Assembly: GCA_951406725.2 (NCBI GenBank)
Contig: OX597837.1
Span: forward strand, 19,468,001-19,532,000
DNA: 64,000 bases
DNA from: Octopus vulgaris
Taxonomy: Eukaryota
Reading direction: 5' to 3'
The notes beneath the pieces were generated by a model, which was given only the letters and a program-made list of their open reading frames with translations, was not told the origin of the DNA and did not search any database. Position 1 is the stretch's first letter. Each line of letters begins with the position of its first letter. The translations under genes were made by a program, and so were the position numbers. Shown one piece after another: positions 13,169 through 26,995 of the stretch.

Positions 13169-14190
13169 TTCTTATGATAAAAGGCAGATTTTCTCTGCCT
13201 CCCAAACCGTTCGTTTTTTATACAATTCTACAATATAGAATTTCTTCAATTGGAATTTACCTATCATTTTTACAAGTAGATTCCATCGGGTCGTGGCATG
13301 TAAAGTTTTTCCAATTTTACCCCCAATTAAGCAAAAATTCGAGAAAACTCATTATTTTTAGATTTCCCTCTTTCATTTCAAGTGCTTCACTCCTACCATT
13401 ACCCTACACTTTCTCCTCCTTTCTCTTTGCAAGTGTGCAACAATTAAAGTGAAAGTATTTATATAAAAGGGATGAGCAATTAATACTGGTCATCCGTTTT
13501 GCTAGAAGAAGATCCGCTATGGTCTTATATGCTACACCACTGGTTTTCAATTCATATTAATCAAATTAATATTCAATTTTTCACCCTTATTATGTGTGTG
13601 TGTATTAGCAATTCGTATAAAATTGCATCAATGACTTGAACTTGAATAAGTGGTTTCACATAAATGGGGATACATTAAAAAGGTTTGTTGTTTTATTATT
13701 ACTGTTTGACTATTGTAATCACGTTTGTTGGTTTCTCGTCAGGGAAACGTTGTTGTGTTGCATTTGTTAAATAATTGTAAACCGTAACCCTCTCCCTTTC
13801 GGAGAAGAGGCTTTGGTTATTGTTTTAAAATTGAATTGTGTCCCTGTTTGGGGAAATTGACAATATTTTCACCGTCTTTACGGAAGCATTTTTGTTAAAA
13901 TGCCTTCGATAGAAGAAAGTCCAAAAATGAATTTCGCTGCAGCCGTACACTTCTATACAAGATCCAATTGATCGAAATTGCAAGAGACGGGCCAACAATT
14001 CCAGTCTGTTATATATTTTGAGTATTGTTATCACTAGCGATATCAAGATATAACTTTCTATTTTGTATTTTATGTGTAGATGTATATATATATATAGATG
14101 TACATGTAATATTTACACACATATATATATATACACATATATACATGCATAATATATCTACCCATACACACACATACGTACACACACACA

Positions 14191-14239
<49 letters not shown>

Positions 14240-15589
14240 GGGCAGGTGTGGCTGTGTGGTAACAAACTACGTTCGAAGATACTGTACTTGATATGGGCGG
14301 TAGTGCCTTGCCGGTCTATGGCCTACCTTCAACAAACCGGGAAGGCACAAACACTCTGTCTTCACATTTGCTGCGTGAGACATGTTTTAATGTTGATGAG
14401 CTTGCCGAGTGCATAGCCGACAATGAACCAAAACTCCTTCCAGAACAGAAGTTCGCTTACAACTCCATTGTTAATTCAGTCCGGGCCAAAGCTGTGGGGA
14501 TATTTTTCCTGGACGCTCCTGGGGGCACTGGGAAAACTTTTCTCAACAAATTAATATTGGCTGAGATTAGGCGAACACAAGGCATTGCCCTAGCTGTAGC
14601 ATCATCTGGAATTGCGGCTACTTTGTTGCCAGGCGGCAGGACAGCTCACTCCACTATCAAGCTTCCGCTAGACTTAGCGAAGACCGAGACACCAACTTGC
14701 AACATCAGTAACAGCTCCGATCAGGCAGAAGTCTTCAGATGATGCAAGCTTATCGTTTGGGATGAATGCACGATGGCCCACAGAGGTGCTCTTGAGGCAC
14801 TAGATAGATCTCTCAGAGACATCAAACACTCTTCAGCTCCCATGGGAGGCATAACACTTCTTCTTTCAGGGGACTTCCGACAAACACTTCCCGTTATTCC
14901 CAAAGGGACTAGAACTGATGCAGTAAGTGCGTGTCTTAAGTCATCCACATTGTGGCCACTGGTGAAGACTCTCAAACTTCACACCAATATGCGTGCTCAT
15001 ATGCGACGTAATATCACATCAGCAGCATTTTCTCACGCCCTCCTTGCACTTGGCGAAGGCAAAATACCAGGGGATGAAAATGGTAATATTGCCATCGATT
15101 CCATTTGTACCATTGTTAAAGCGCCTTCTGATCTCAGAGATGCAGTGTTCCCAGATCTACAAGCTAATTATCAGAATATGGATTGGATTGGCCAAAGGGC
15201 TATTCTGGCTCCGAGGAATAAAACTGTTCACCATATTAATGATGAAATGCTAAAACTCATTCCTGGGGAAGTCTATGTATATCAGTCTATCGATATAACT
15301 CCTGACCCAGAGGACCTCATCAACTATCCAATAGAGGAACTCAATTCCTTTGAGCCCCCTGGACTACCACCACACATTCTCAAACTTAAAGTTGGTGCCC
15401 CTATAATGCTCATTAGAAATTTGGTTCCCCGAAAACAATGCAATGGCACACGTTTGATCGTTAAGTCCTTATCTCCCACCGTAAACTTATATCAATATTT
15501 GCCTGAATAATCATCATCATAATTCAGTGCAATCATTAACAGTACTTTCAAGCAATTCAGCCTCGAGCATCGCCGAGCAATTCTGCTAG
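13169..15589 (+). mobile_element. non-autonomous Helitron, copy 1
   Basis: PIF1 helicase fragments, subterminal GC hairpin and CTAG|T at 15586-15590; 5' region shared with 18357-19450. Confidence 0.9.
14293..15510 (+). pseudogene. Helitron PIF1-family helicase (one in-frame stop, truncated)
   Basis: [70 protein letters not shown]. Confidence 0.92.
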
Positions 15590-15632
15590 TATATATATAT
15601 AATATATATATATAGCGACGTACGTACACTTT

Positions 15633-15680
<48 letters not shown>

Positions 15681-15697
15681 CACAGACATATAAATAG

Positions 15698-16730
15698 ATT
15701 TATAGTGGCCCTCTCAGATATCCCATCAAATGCCCGGGTAGCCACTCTGGCAAGCTATGCAGATGATACGAAAGTCTCACAGAAAATACAGAACTCAAGC
15801 GATGTTGCACACCTTGCAGCAGGAGTTGGACTCAATTTACAGATGGGCTGAGGATAATAATATGCAGTTTAATGCTGAAAAAATTCAGGCCCTGCGCTAC
15901 CAGCATCCAAAACTGAATATTAAGCCTGCAGGGTACACCGGTCCACAGGGAATTTCAATCCCAGAGCCTAAGTCAGTGAGGGACCTGGGTATCGACATGT
16001 GTGATGATACCTCATTCCAAGTGCACATTACCAGGATGGCGACAAAGTGCAGACGACTGGCTGGATGAATCCTAAGAGCATTCAGAACCAGAGATAAGGA
16101 AACCATGATGGTCCTCTAGCGGACATTCGTCCTCAGCCGCCTGGATTACTGCTCACAGCTATGGTCACCCCCCTGTGTGAGATAAACAGCGGACCTTGAA
16201 GCAATCCAGAGAAGATTCACAAAGAAGATCGTCTCTTTGCAACAGCTCAGCTACTGGGAAAGGTTGAAATAGCTAAGACTCTACTCCCTGGAGAGAAGAC
16301 GCGAGAGGTATGCAGTAATATATATCTGGAAGATCCTGGAAGGAATTGTGCCAAATTTTGGCATTAAAAGCTACACCAATGCCAGAACAGGATGACACTG
16401 CATAGTGCCAAAGATCTCAGCAATGCCATCATGCTTCAGGACCGGTTACTGCAACAGCCTGGGTTTCAAGGTCCCACAGCTTTTTAATATTCTCCCAAAG
16501 AGGCTGAGGAACTTGCACAAAGTAGATGTAGGGGTTTTTAAATCGAAGCTGGACCTCTTCTTGTCGAGAGTCCCAAATGAGCCTACCTCACGGCAAGAGG
16601 TGCAAATGAGGGTAGCTATATCAAATTCCATTCTTCATCAAGTGCCACATATTAGAGGAGGCTCCTAGTAATAACAGTGTAGCGCAAAACGGCGGTGCAT
16701 CAGCATGGCCGCAGCTCTGAGCTGAAACTG
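15698..16730 (+). pseudogene. CR1-group LINE, 3' part of ORF2 plus 3' UTR
   Basis: YADDTK, WAEDNNMQFN, VRDLGI, FVLSRLDYCSQLWSP, LEAIQRRFTKKI, SYWERL..LRLYSLERRRER, with stops and frameshifts. Confidence 0.88.
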
Positions 16731-17084
16731 TCGAGCGGTTACTGTTTATATCTCGTTCAGAGATTTATTATTGTTTTCAGACAGTTTTTCTAAATCAGTG
16801 ACAGTGGTTGCTGTGAAAAACGTTATATATTTATTTGCAAGGGGACTCCTTCATCGAAGACCGGTGCTTACCATGCGTTGACGAGAGGCAATTACCTTGA
16901 AACTATAGTCCGTATGTAGTACTCGGGTCTTCGAGGGAGGATGACCTCCCTTTGCAAATAACACAAGGGCACTGAGATAGTGTCTAAAGTCCTTCTGGTG
17001 ACGTTGATCGCCTGGGGCTAAAAGCATCAGTAACACCCCACCCCCCAATGGCTAGCCACATTCAGATGGCTAATACACCTTACG

Positions 17085-17187
<103 letters not shown>

Positions 17188-17194
17188 TACATAC

Positions 17195-17249
<55 letters not shown>

Positions 17250-18012
17250 TATATATATGCATATACATATACGTATATATGTGTGTGTGTGTTTGTATGA
17301 GCGTACGAATATTGAGAAAGAGGGGAAGATAGAGGGAGAGAGATATATCTTCTTAGATGACAACGTATCTGTACTTGTATGTGTATGGGTATTACACTTA
17401 CGCATACACACACGTACCGATTCATATGTATAGAGTTAGATATGATGCCCCATACACACAGACTAAACACGGTGGTCGTCATTCACAGGTGCACGCGTGC
17501 GCACACACACATTCATACAGAAATAGATAGATAGATATATTAAGATCAACACGTACACACACATTCATATGTATGTAGATATATGTTTTCTGCTTTTTTT
17601 CGAGCAGTAGGATGGGAATCCAGCGGTAAAGCCATTATACCACATTACGCTGATGTTTGACAAATTTTCTGCCACCATCCCATCTATGTTAGCATTGATG
17701 ATAAATGGATGCGAACAGTAAAAAAATAATGGTATTATATAATAAATGTACACATATAAACAGTTTCCAACTAGAAACTCGATGTGAAGATAATATATGT
17801 TTGTATGCATGTATGTGTGTGTGTGTGTGTGTGTATGTGTGTGTGTTCGCGTGTGTACATGTGTGAGGATGTGTATGTGTGTTTGAATGTGTATGCGTGG
17901 ATGTGTGTGTTTTAATAATATAATAACTATTTTACGTCTATAAATCCGAAAACTCTTATATTTAAGTTTCCTTTTTCTATTTAACATCCTTCTAACATAT
18001 ATGTATCCAGAC

Positions 18013-18043
<31 letters not shown>

Positions 18044-18080
18044 CATGCAAACATACACACACGCATATACATACATACCT

Positions 18081-18156
<76 letters not shown>

Positions 18157-18346
18157 TATATATAATATATTTATCATATATATACAAACTGTTCCTTGCC
18201 ACGTATTATCGTCAGACATTCTCCATTGTTGCTGCTAATAGACCTTACCTGGAACTTTATTATTTATTCGATCATAGAACTGCGTAACACATATCTCCAT
18301 TCAATCAGCTCCTTCCACAGTTTTGACAAACTGGAAAATATTAATA

Positions 18347-21300
18347 TCGTCTATCTCTTATGATAAAAGGCAGATTTTCTCTGCCTCCCAAACCGTTCGT
18401 TTTTTATACAATTGTACAATATAGAATTTCTTCAATTGGAATTTACCTACGATTTTTACAAGTAGATTCCATTGGGTCATGGCATGTAAAGTCTTTTCTA
18501 TTTGACCCCCAATTAAGCAAGAATTCGAGAAAAGTAAATATTTTACGATTTCCCTCTCTAATTTCAACTGCTTCACTCATGCTATTACCATAATTACTCC
18601 TACTTTCTCTTTGCAAGTGTACCTTAAACTACTACTAAAAAAAAAAATACAGAGCAAACAGAAATAAATAAATACATAATGATTTACTCCTCACACAATT
18701 TCTTCAATTAGAATTTACCTAGGATTTTTCCAAGTACATTCCATTCGGTCATCGCATATAAATTTCTTTCAATTTGACCCCCAGTTAAGCAAAAATTCGA
18801 GAAAACTCAATATTTTACGATTTCCCTCGCTCACTTCAAAGGCTTCACTCAGCCTATTACTCCCACTTCCTCGTTACACACATAGACACGCAAACATATA
18901 CATATATGACAGTGTCAATTGTTGAAAGAAAATTGTAAGCTAAGGTGTGTGTGTGTGTGTGTTTGTGTGTGCGTGTGTGTGTGTGTGTGTGAGTGTGTGT
19001 GTGTGACAGGGATGAGCCATTAATAGTGGTCATCGTTTTAGCTAGAGGAAGATCCGCTATGGTCTTATATGCTACACCACTGGTTTTCAATTCATATTAA
19101 TCAAATTAATATTCAATTTTTCAACCTTATTATGTGTGTGTGTATTAGCAATTCGTATAAAATTGCATCAATGACTTGAACTTGAATAAGTGGTTTCACA
19201 TAAATGGGGATAAATCAAAAAGGTTTGTTGTTATTATTATTACTGTTTGACTATTGTAATCACGTTTGTTGGTTTCTCGCCAGGGAAACGTTGTTGTGTT
19301 GCATTTGTTAAATAATTGTAAACCATAACCCTCCCCCTTTTGGAGAAGGGGTTTTGGTTATTATTTCTTAATTGAATTGTGTCCCTGTTTGGGGACATTG
19401 ACAATATTTTCACCGTCTTTACGGAAGCATTTTTGTTAAAATGCCTTTGGGAGGACTTTTTTCCTGGACGCTTCTGAGGGCACTGGGAAAACTTTTCTCA
19501 ACAAATTGATATTGGCTGAGATTAGGCAAAAACAAGGCATTGCCCTAGCTGTGGCATCATCTGGAATTGCGGCTACTTTGTTGCCAGGCAGCAGGACAGC
19601 TCACTCCACTATCAAGCTTCCGCTTGACTTAGCGAAGACTGAGACACCAACTTGCAACATCAGTAACAGCTCCGATCAGGCAGAAGTCTTCAGACGATGC
19701 AAGCTTATCGTTTGGGATGAATGCACGATGGCCTACAGACGTGCTCTTGAGGCACTAGATAGATCTCTCAGAGACATCAAACACTCTTCAGCTCCCATGG
19801 GAGGCATAACACTTCTTCTTTCAGGGGACTTCCGACAAACACTTCCCGTTATTCCCAAAGGGACTAGAACTGATGCAGTAAGTGCGTGTCTTAAGTCATC
19901 CACATTGTGGCCACTGGTGAAGACTCTCAAACTTCACACCAATATGCGTGCTCATATGCGACGTAATATCACATCAGCAGCATTTTCTCACGCCCTCCTT
20001 GCACTTGGCGAAGGCAAAATACCAGGGGATGAAAATGGTAATATTGCCATCGATTCCATTTGTACCATTGTTAAAGCGCCTTCTGATCTCAGAGATGCAG
20101 TGTTCCCGAGCACCTCGGACTACCACCACACATTCTCAAACTTAAAGTTGGTGCCCCTATAATGCTCATTAGAAATTTGGTTCCCCCAAAACAATGCAAT
20201 GGCACACGTTTGATCGTTAAGTCCTTATCTCCCAATCTGATTGAGGCCACCATTATCACAGGGTGCGGTTGAGGCAACGTTGTGCTCATACCTAGGATGC
20301 ATCTTTTCCCATCAGGAGCAGACCTACCTTTCATATTTCGGAGGTCCCAGTTCCCAGTAAGGCCATGTTTCGCAATGTCAATTAACAAAGCGTAGGGTCA
20401 AACACTGTCTGTGGCGGGAATACATTTGGGAGAGCCATGTTCCTCTCATGGTCAGCTTTATGTTGGATGCTCGCGTGTCGGCAGCAACAGTGATTCTTTC
20501 GCATTCGTTCCACAACGAAAAACAAAAAAACATTGTGTACAAGGAGGTTTTATAGGATTACTATGTTTCATAATTTTTGAACACATTAGTATTTCACTTA
20601 CATACGACTCTCTTTTATGATGGCATTTACATTTTTAGGCGTTTCATTACATTAATTCACACTTAACCAACACCTGTCCTTCGCTCACCTCTATTTCTAT
20701 CCATTCATCATCAAACCACCAGCCTCATCTTCTATATCCAACGTACATGACACATCTACCACCTACATCTACACTCTCACTGTTAAAGTTTACACAAGCG
20801 ACAACACGATCGCAACATACACTTTGGAAACTAAGCAACAGATAATTTTATACAACAACAAATTTAATCATAACGCCCATCAATGAAAACATCTCCACCA
20901 CTGTGTTGTGATTCATCTAATCAGCACCACTACAGTCTTGCCGGTCTGACATATGGTGAGTAGATGCTATTGTTCTATATTTTATAATTTACTTACCCAT
21001 GCTTCATTCCCCTCTTGCCTACATAGGGCATCCATTCTCTTTTAACACTGCATGAAGTTTTGTAACAGTACATCCGCTGCCGTTCGTGGAAAACGAAGAG
21101 GCTCTATTCACCTGCGAACGTTTTACATCGACTTCCACGACTATCAAATTCTTACAATTATGAGAACAATAACATGGCTCTTTTCAAGGCAACCTCGCAT
21201 TCAATTCTTACACCATTTTACGAGGGGGTAGGAACCCCTTTACACGGCTTTCTATACACTTACAAATACATTCATTCGCCGTAAACTTATATCAATATTT

Positions 21301-21386
21301 GCCTGAATAATCATCATAATTTAGTGCAATCATTAACAGTACTTTCAAGCAATTCAGCCCCGAGCAACGCCGGGCAATTCTGCTAG
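18347..21386 (+). mobile_element. non-autonomous Helitron, copy 2
   Basis: Candidate A|TC 5' end at 18347; 3' hairpin cccgagcaacgccggg followed by CTAG|T at 21383-21387; helicase fragments inside. Confidence 0.9.
19455..20550 (+). pseudogene. Helitron PIF1 helicase remnant including C-terminal motifs
   Basis: Near-identical to 14505-15150, then FPVRPCFAMSINKA*GQTL and HGQLYVGCSRV. Confidence 0.9.
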
Positions 21387-21436
21387 TTAGAGATATTTGT
21401 TTATTTTAATATTTTTTCTGATGTCTTCCTCTCCAA

Positions 21437-22220
21437 AATGAACAGAAAACTGCTACTCTTCCGTCCCAGGACTGGTCAACAGAAGCGGGCCAATCATTCT
21501 TCCTGACAATAACGCTCCTGAATTTGGCTTCAAAGTCCTTCCTCACCCGGCTTATTCCTTAAACCTTTCCCCTACCACTTTTTCTAGCACCTTGATGGTT
21601 TCTGCGAGAGAAGGAGTCCAAATATCAAACCGCTGCTGAAAGTGCGTTCAAAGAGTTCATCAGCTCCAGAACTCCAGATATTTATGTTACCGGAATAAAC
21701 GAACTTGTAACGCGTTGGCAGAAATGTGTTGACTGTAATGTTATTTACTTTGATGGCTGGAGGTGCAATGGCCTAGTGGTTAGGGCAGTGGACTCGCGGT
21801 CGTAGCATCGCAGTTTCAATTCCTAGACCGGGCGTTGCGAGTGTTTATTGAGCAAAAACACCTAAAACTCCACGAGGCTCCAGCAGGGGATGGTGGCGAA
21901 CCCTGCTGTAATCTTTCACAATAACTTTCTCTCACCATTTCTTCCTGTTTCTGATGTACCTGTATTTCAAAGGGTCGGCCTTGTCGCACTTTGTGTCACG
22001 CTGAATCTCCCCAAGAACTACGTTAAGGGTACACGTGTCTGTGGAGTGCTCAGTCACATGCACGTTAATTTCACGAGTAGGCTGTTCCGTTGATCGAATC
22101 AACTTGAACCCTCGTCGTCGTGAACGACGGAGTGCCACGACTTTAATGGATAAAATTTCCGCATTGAAACATATTGGGATGAATTTCATGTTTAAAAACA
22201 TTGTTTACTTTTTACTCACC

Positions 22221-22226
<6 letters not shown>
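21437..22226 (+). mobile_element. mariner transposon 3' remnant interrupted by a SINE
   Basis: Translates ...LPHPAYS...AFKEFISSRTPDIYVTGINELVTRWQKCVDCN..YFD; TIR-like end tactttttactcaccctgata|TA after the SINE. Confidence 0.75.
21758..22140 (+). mobile_element. tRNA-derived SINE (family 2), full length
   Basis: A-box tggcctagtgg, B-box gtttcaattcc; other copies at 40126-40442 (-) and 41771-41965. Confidence 0.85.
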
Positions 22227-22271
<45 letters not shown>

Positions 22272-22347
22272 TGGTAAAAACGGTAAGATAACAAAAGAAA
22301 GAAAGAGACCTCAATATTATGTAAATAGAGGAAATTTATCTATAAAA

Positions 22348-22544
22348 TAATATGTTACATTACTCGATAGTCAAGATAAAACACTGAGTTTCAGATGCCG
22401 AAGTGGAAATCCACAACACCATCTCTTCGGTTATCTGGCCATAATCAAAACCTAAGAGATGGCCAGATAACCGAAGAGATGGTTTTGTGGATTTCCCTTC
22501 GGCATCTGAAACTCAGAGTTTTATCTTGACTATTATAATGTAAC

Positions 22545-22550
<6 letters not shown>
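22348..22550. repeat. ~95-bp inverted repeat of a pLTR-like unit carrying a hammerhead-like motif
   Basis: Arms at 22348-22442 and 22459-22550 are near-perfect reverse complements with a 16-bp spacer. Confidence 0.9.
22465..22526 (+). ncRNA. hammerhead-like motif, CCGAAGA core variant
   Basis: agataa-CCGAAGA-gatg...catc-t-GAAA-CTC a GAG-TT-ttatct; stems I, II and III all pair. Confidence 0.6.
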
Positions 22551-22616
<66 letters not shown>

Positions 22617-22619
<3 letters not shown>

Positions 22620-23523
22620 GTTGTCCATAAAGTCTCTTTACAATTTTAAAATTTTATTATAAAAGCAGTTGACAACATATCTTAACCAGATTTGTTTTAT
22701 TGTAATAATTGTTTATTAAAGTTTTACTTAATTGTTATTTAATAGACCTCAATATAGGCACCATTAGTTGCGCGAAGCAAATCAACACGGTAGTCGATTT
22801 CTTGCCATGTTCGCTGTAGGATAGCCTCATCAACGGTGGCAATGGCATTACGAATCCTTTGCTTCAAGTCAGCAATGTCCTGTATCTTTGTTTGATACAT
22901 ATCTTTTAAATAATCCCATAAAAAGAAGTCCACGGGAGTGACATCTGGTGAAGGCAGTGGCCATGGAATTGGCCTATCCCTTCCAATCCATCGGTCTGGA
23001 AATGTTTGATTGAGGAACTGACAAACATGCCGTCCCCAATGTGGTGGTGCACCATCTTGCTGGAAAATGATGGTTGGTTGTAAATCAATCAGTTGTGGTG
23101 CCACATATTCGGTCAGAAGGTCGAGGTAAACATCTGCAGTAATTGTTGCCTCGTTAAAGAAACATGGACCAATTATTCGATTGCACATGTTTCCACACCA
23201 CACATTGACTTTTGGACTATCCCGTTGAAGCTCCCTAGTCACATGGGGGTGTTCTGATCCCCAGATTCTCACATTGTCTGAATATCCGATTTTGTCTCAA
23301 TAAACCAGGTTACACATTGTGCCTTTTCATGAGGAGTAGCCATTTCATAGGGGTTCAGTGAATCAGTTCCCTTCCATCAACAGAGTATCTGAAACACAAA
23401 AATTTAACATCAATAAAAACTTTAATAAACAATTATTGAAATAAAACAAAACTGGTTAAAATATCTCATCAACTGCCTTTGTAATAATTTTTTAAATTGT
23501 AAAGAGACTTTATTGACACCCTG
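22617..23523 (-). mobile_element. Tc1/mariner DD41D (rosa-like) element, internally deleted, ~110-bp TIRs
   Basis: TA|CAGGTTGTCCATAAAGTCTCTTTACAAT ... ATTGTAAAGAGACTTTATTGACACCCTG|TA; ORF 22739-23272 has 41 residues between the D of QQD and the D of PVD. Confidence 0.9.
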
Positions 23524-23555
<32 letters not shown>

Positions 23556-23699
23556 TGTATGTATGTATGTATGTATGTATGTATGTATGTATGTATGTAT
23601 GTATGTATGTATGTATGTATGCATGTATGTATGCATGTATACATGTATATATATATATGTATATATATATATATGTATGTGTGTGTGAGTGTGTGCGTA

Positions 23700-23910
23700 T
23701 GTGTCTGTGTTTGTCTCCCTGCCATCGCTTGACAACCGATGCTGGTGTGTTTACGTCCCCGTAACTAACAGTTCGGCAAAACAGATTGGTAAAATAAGTA
23801 CTAGGCTGATAAAGAATAAGTTCTGGATTCTATTTCATCGACTAAGACCTTTTAAGGTGGTGCTCCAGTATGGCCGCAGTCAAATGACTGAAACAAGTAA
23901 AAGAATAGAA
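23700..23910 (+). mobile_element. CORE-like tRNA SINE (family 1), 3' half
   Basis: Matches about 47665-47860, including the tail ggtgctccagyatggccgcagtcaaatgactgaaacaagt. Confidence 0.8.
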
Positions 23911-24099
23911 GAACATATATCTATACAGACAGACAGACAAACAGAGATGGAGACGTGCAGAGAAGTTGCAACAAATGACATAATGCTGAATTACTTCTCT
24001 GTCTTCTTTTATGTATTGGATATGGACGAGTCATCCATGTAGTTGATCAAGTTTTTTAGGATGGCATAATACCTGTGACTGGTGTGGCAGCATTATTGT

Positions 24100-24725
24100 T
24101 AGCTGCTACAAGGATAAGAGAGATACCTTAGAAGCAGTTATAGAGGCATTAAACACGTGAGGAAAATTATGGAGAGAGTTATAACCCAATTAATTAGGAG
24201 CAGAATTAGGCTAGACAAAATGTAGTTTGACTTTGATCCCCATCCCTAGAGAAGCACTACAGGTGCTATTTTTGTAGTTAGGCAACTTCAAGAGGAATGC
24301 TTACCTGAGAATAAACCATTATACTTGGTATTTGTTGACAGAGAAAGCCGTTGATAGCTGTATGATATGGTGGACTCTGAAGAGGCTGGGGTAGACGAGT
24401 GGCTTGTGAAAGCTGTACAGACCATGTACAGGGGTGCTATCAATAAGGTGAGGGTTAAAAATGAGTACAATGAAGAATTTGGTGTACAGGGAGGTGTCCA
24501 TCAAGACTCAGTCGTCAGTCCCCAACTTTTCTTCATTGTCCTCTAGGCCATCACAAAGGAATTCAAGACTGGTCAGTCCCTGCAAACTACTATATGCTAA
24601 TGATCTTGCACTCAGCAGATTCTATATCAGAGCTGGAAAAGAATTTGCAGGTGTGGAAGCAAAACCTGGAATCAAAACCTAAGGTCGTATTAAGTCAGAA
24701 AATAAACAGGACCCTATCCCAGACT
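24100..24725 (+). pseudogene. RTE-clade LINE reverse transcriptase remnant
   Basis: RSTTGAIFVVRQLQE, KPLYLVFVD, LGVDEWLVKAVQTMY, GVHQDSVVSP, LLYANDLAL across frameshifts. Confidence 0.8.
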
Positions 24726-25709
24726 GTTGGGAGTATTATCTAGTTGGATCGCAATTTAGCTTATAATTTAGTTATTGCAGTTTACCATTAATACCAATAC
24801 AATATACATTGGTTTAATTGTCTCTTGTTGTACTTTTAGTAAGGTTAGTGTTTAATTCTGCCTACATATTGATTGACTGAAATAATCTGGTTATTACACT
24901 ACGGGTTATAGTTTTCTATGACTTAATAGAGTTCTCCCCTGTTCAGTTACGTATTTAGGAGTGGTTGTAATTTACTTATGGAATTTATTTATTGATACAA
25001 TTGTACATATGTTTGATAGTTGTGGTTTCTTAGGTTTGTTTGTTCCCAAACAACACTTATCATAATGCTGTTGACACCACCGGATTGAGTAGTACTGCCC
25101 AGGTGTCGAAACCATAATGATATCCGTGGGGCAGCTGATGATGGAGGTATGTTGGATTGTTGGAATGACTGTGGAATAGTATTATAACACATTCTTTTGA
25201 TATATGTCTGTGTGTATATATAAATCTATATATATTTGTATATATATGTATATATATGTATGTATGTATATATACATGTTTATATATATGTGAATATGTT
25301 TATACATACATATATATATATATTTTATATATTTATATATATTTTTTATATATTTTATATATATTTTTTTATAAAAATTATAATAAGGGCAAACTACGAG
25401 GTAATGCCACATGCTAGAAGATGACAAATAGCTCTAAAACTACTTTATTTATTACTTAGATATGGATTGAAAGTGAGGAAAATGAACAAAAAAGATTTTT
25501 TTAAGGTGAAGCCACGGATCAGTTGATTTCTAGTTCAGGGATATAACCTTTATCGTCATCACTATGGCGTAACTCAACGTACCTAATTATAAATATTTAT
25601 ACATACCATACGAACACAAACGTATCCCCAGTGCACCTACAAATGTTCGTAAAGTTTAAATCTGGATCGTTCATCTCAGCCGCGTGTGAATAACCAAAAT
25701 AATTCAGCT

Positions 25710-26350
25710 GCAAATTATGGGAATACTGTGTTGTCTACGAGCTTTAGCGTTGGAACGTTTTTTTAATAACAGTACTTATCTCTTCCAAGGAAGAATCTTC
25801 TACAAGTTCCTCAATTATAGGCCTATGAAGTATTTCATTGATTACTTCAGGATTGGGAGTGAATTCTTCATTTAATACCGATTTAAACTGTTTAGCCTAT
25901 ATTTTTAGAATTTCATCTTTGCTACTTAGGAATTTGGACCCGTCGTTAAGAAATATAGGTTCTGTACCGTCCTTTTTTGGGGGTTAAAATGACTTTTCAG
26001 GTTGACATACAATGCTCTTAAGTTGTTAGAGTTAGTAGCCTGTTCAAATTCTTGGATCTTTCTTGTCCACCAAGAATTGTTCCTCTCACGCAACTTTTTC
26101 TAAGTAGTTTTTTTTAGAGGAGATGCGTAGGATTTTGAATGATGGTCGGTTTTTGTTTGGGGTCTATGCTTTGTGTCTTTTGTGTATAGTTTCTTGGAAG
26201 GGTTTGATTTTAGAACCATCCTCATCGATCCAATCCTAGAACCTTTTTAGCCGATGATTTGATGTTGTCATACATATTGTGGCACAAAAATCCAGGATCA
26301 TTGCTTTCCACTAAAATTTCAAGCGTGCCAATGATTCTGCCAGCTCACCA
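25710..26350 (-). pseudogene. RTE (BovB-like) LINE linker-region remnant
   Basis: Minus strand DGSKFLSSKDEILKI*AKQFKSVLNEE...IEELVEDSSLEEISTVIK resembles the RTE endonuclease-RT linker. Confidence 0.55.
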
Positions 26351-26353
26351 CCT

Positions 26354-26415
<62 letters not shown>

Positions 26416-26463
26416 GTAATAGTAATAGTAGTAGTTGTAGTAATGATGATGATGATAATAATA

Positions 26464-26923
26464 ATGGGCTACAGCAAATATTCTGCTCAATACCACAGAT
26501 TTGCTTGTCAGTTGTTTGACCTTAACCAGTTGAGCATGTCCCTTAGTGGCTGACGATATGTGCATCTCTGATCACGAGCAGAAGTAGTGGGGGAGCATCA
26601 TAGCCATGTGTTGAGAAGGATTCTTTGGGGTTTGAATAATTCACCTCTGGAAACATGGGTGTTTCGTTCAACGTCCTTAAACAACCCTTATTCAGGGATC
26701 TTTTGAGCGGGATGGGTTACTCGATCTGAAGAAAATTCTAACTGGGCTCCACCTGCAAGGTCATGTGCTGTTTATCTTGATATGAGATCACCATGTCGCG
26801 CACATATGGTTGTGATGCATGTGCCTGGTGTACCCTTATCAGACGGGTAGTCATGATGGGTATACTGGGCTTCGTATATTTTACCCCAGTGTCACTTTGA
26901 TGGCATGCTCTGCTCGCTCACTC
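26464..26923 (+). repeat. ~555-bp module, 5'-truncated copy
   Basis: Near-identical to about 49817-50276; followed by (TAA)n. Confidence 0.9.
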
Positions 26924-26984
<61 letters not shown>

Positions 26985-26995
26985 TTAATAATAAT

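Noticed and set aside
14293-15510. Host PIF1 gene
   Set aside because: Intronless, has an in-frame stop, is duplicated and lies inside Helitron termini.
16740-17065. Possible 5' UTR of a non-LTR element with an HDV-like ribozyme on the minus strand
   Set aside because: Could not fit the nested double pseudoknot by eye; needs a descriptor search.
21758-21835. Possible tRNA gene
   Set aside because: A and B boxes are present but run into a repeated SINE body, so this is a SINE head.
25045-25125. Hammerhead-like CTGTTGA...GAAA with a gacacc/ggtgtc stem
   Set aside because: Core and stems cannot be placed in the correct register together.
25510-25570. Minus-strand TGACGA...GAACTAG decayed hammerhead
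   Set aside because: Too many core positions are missing to support a call.
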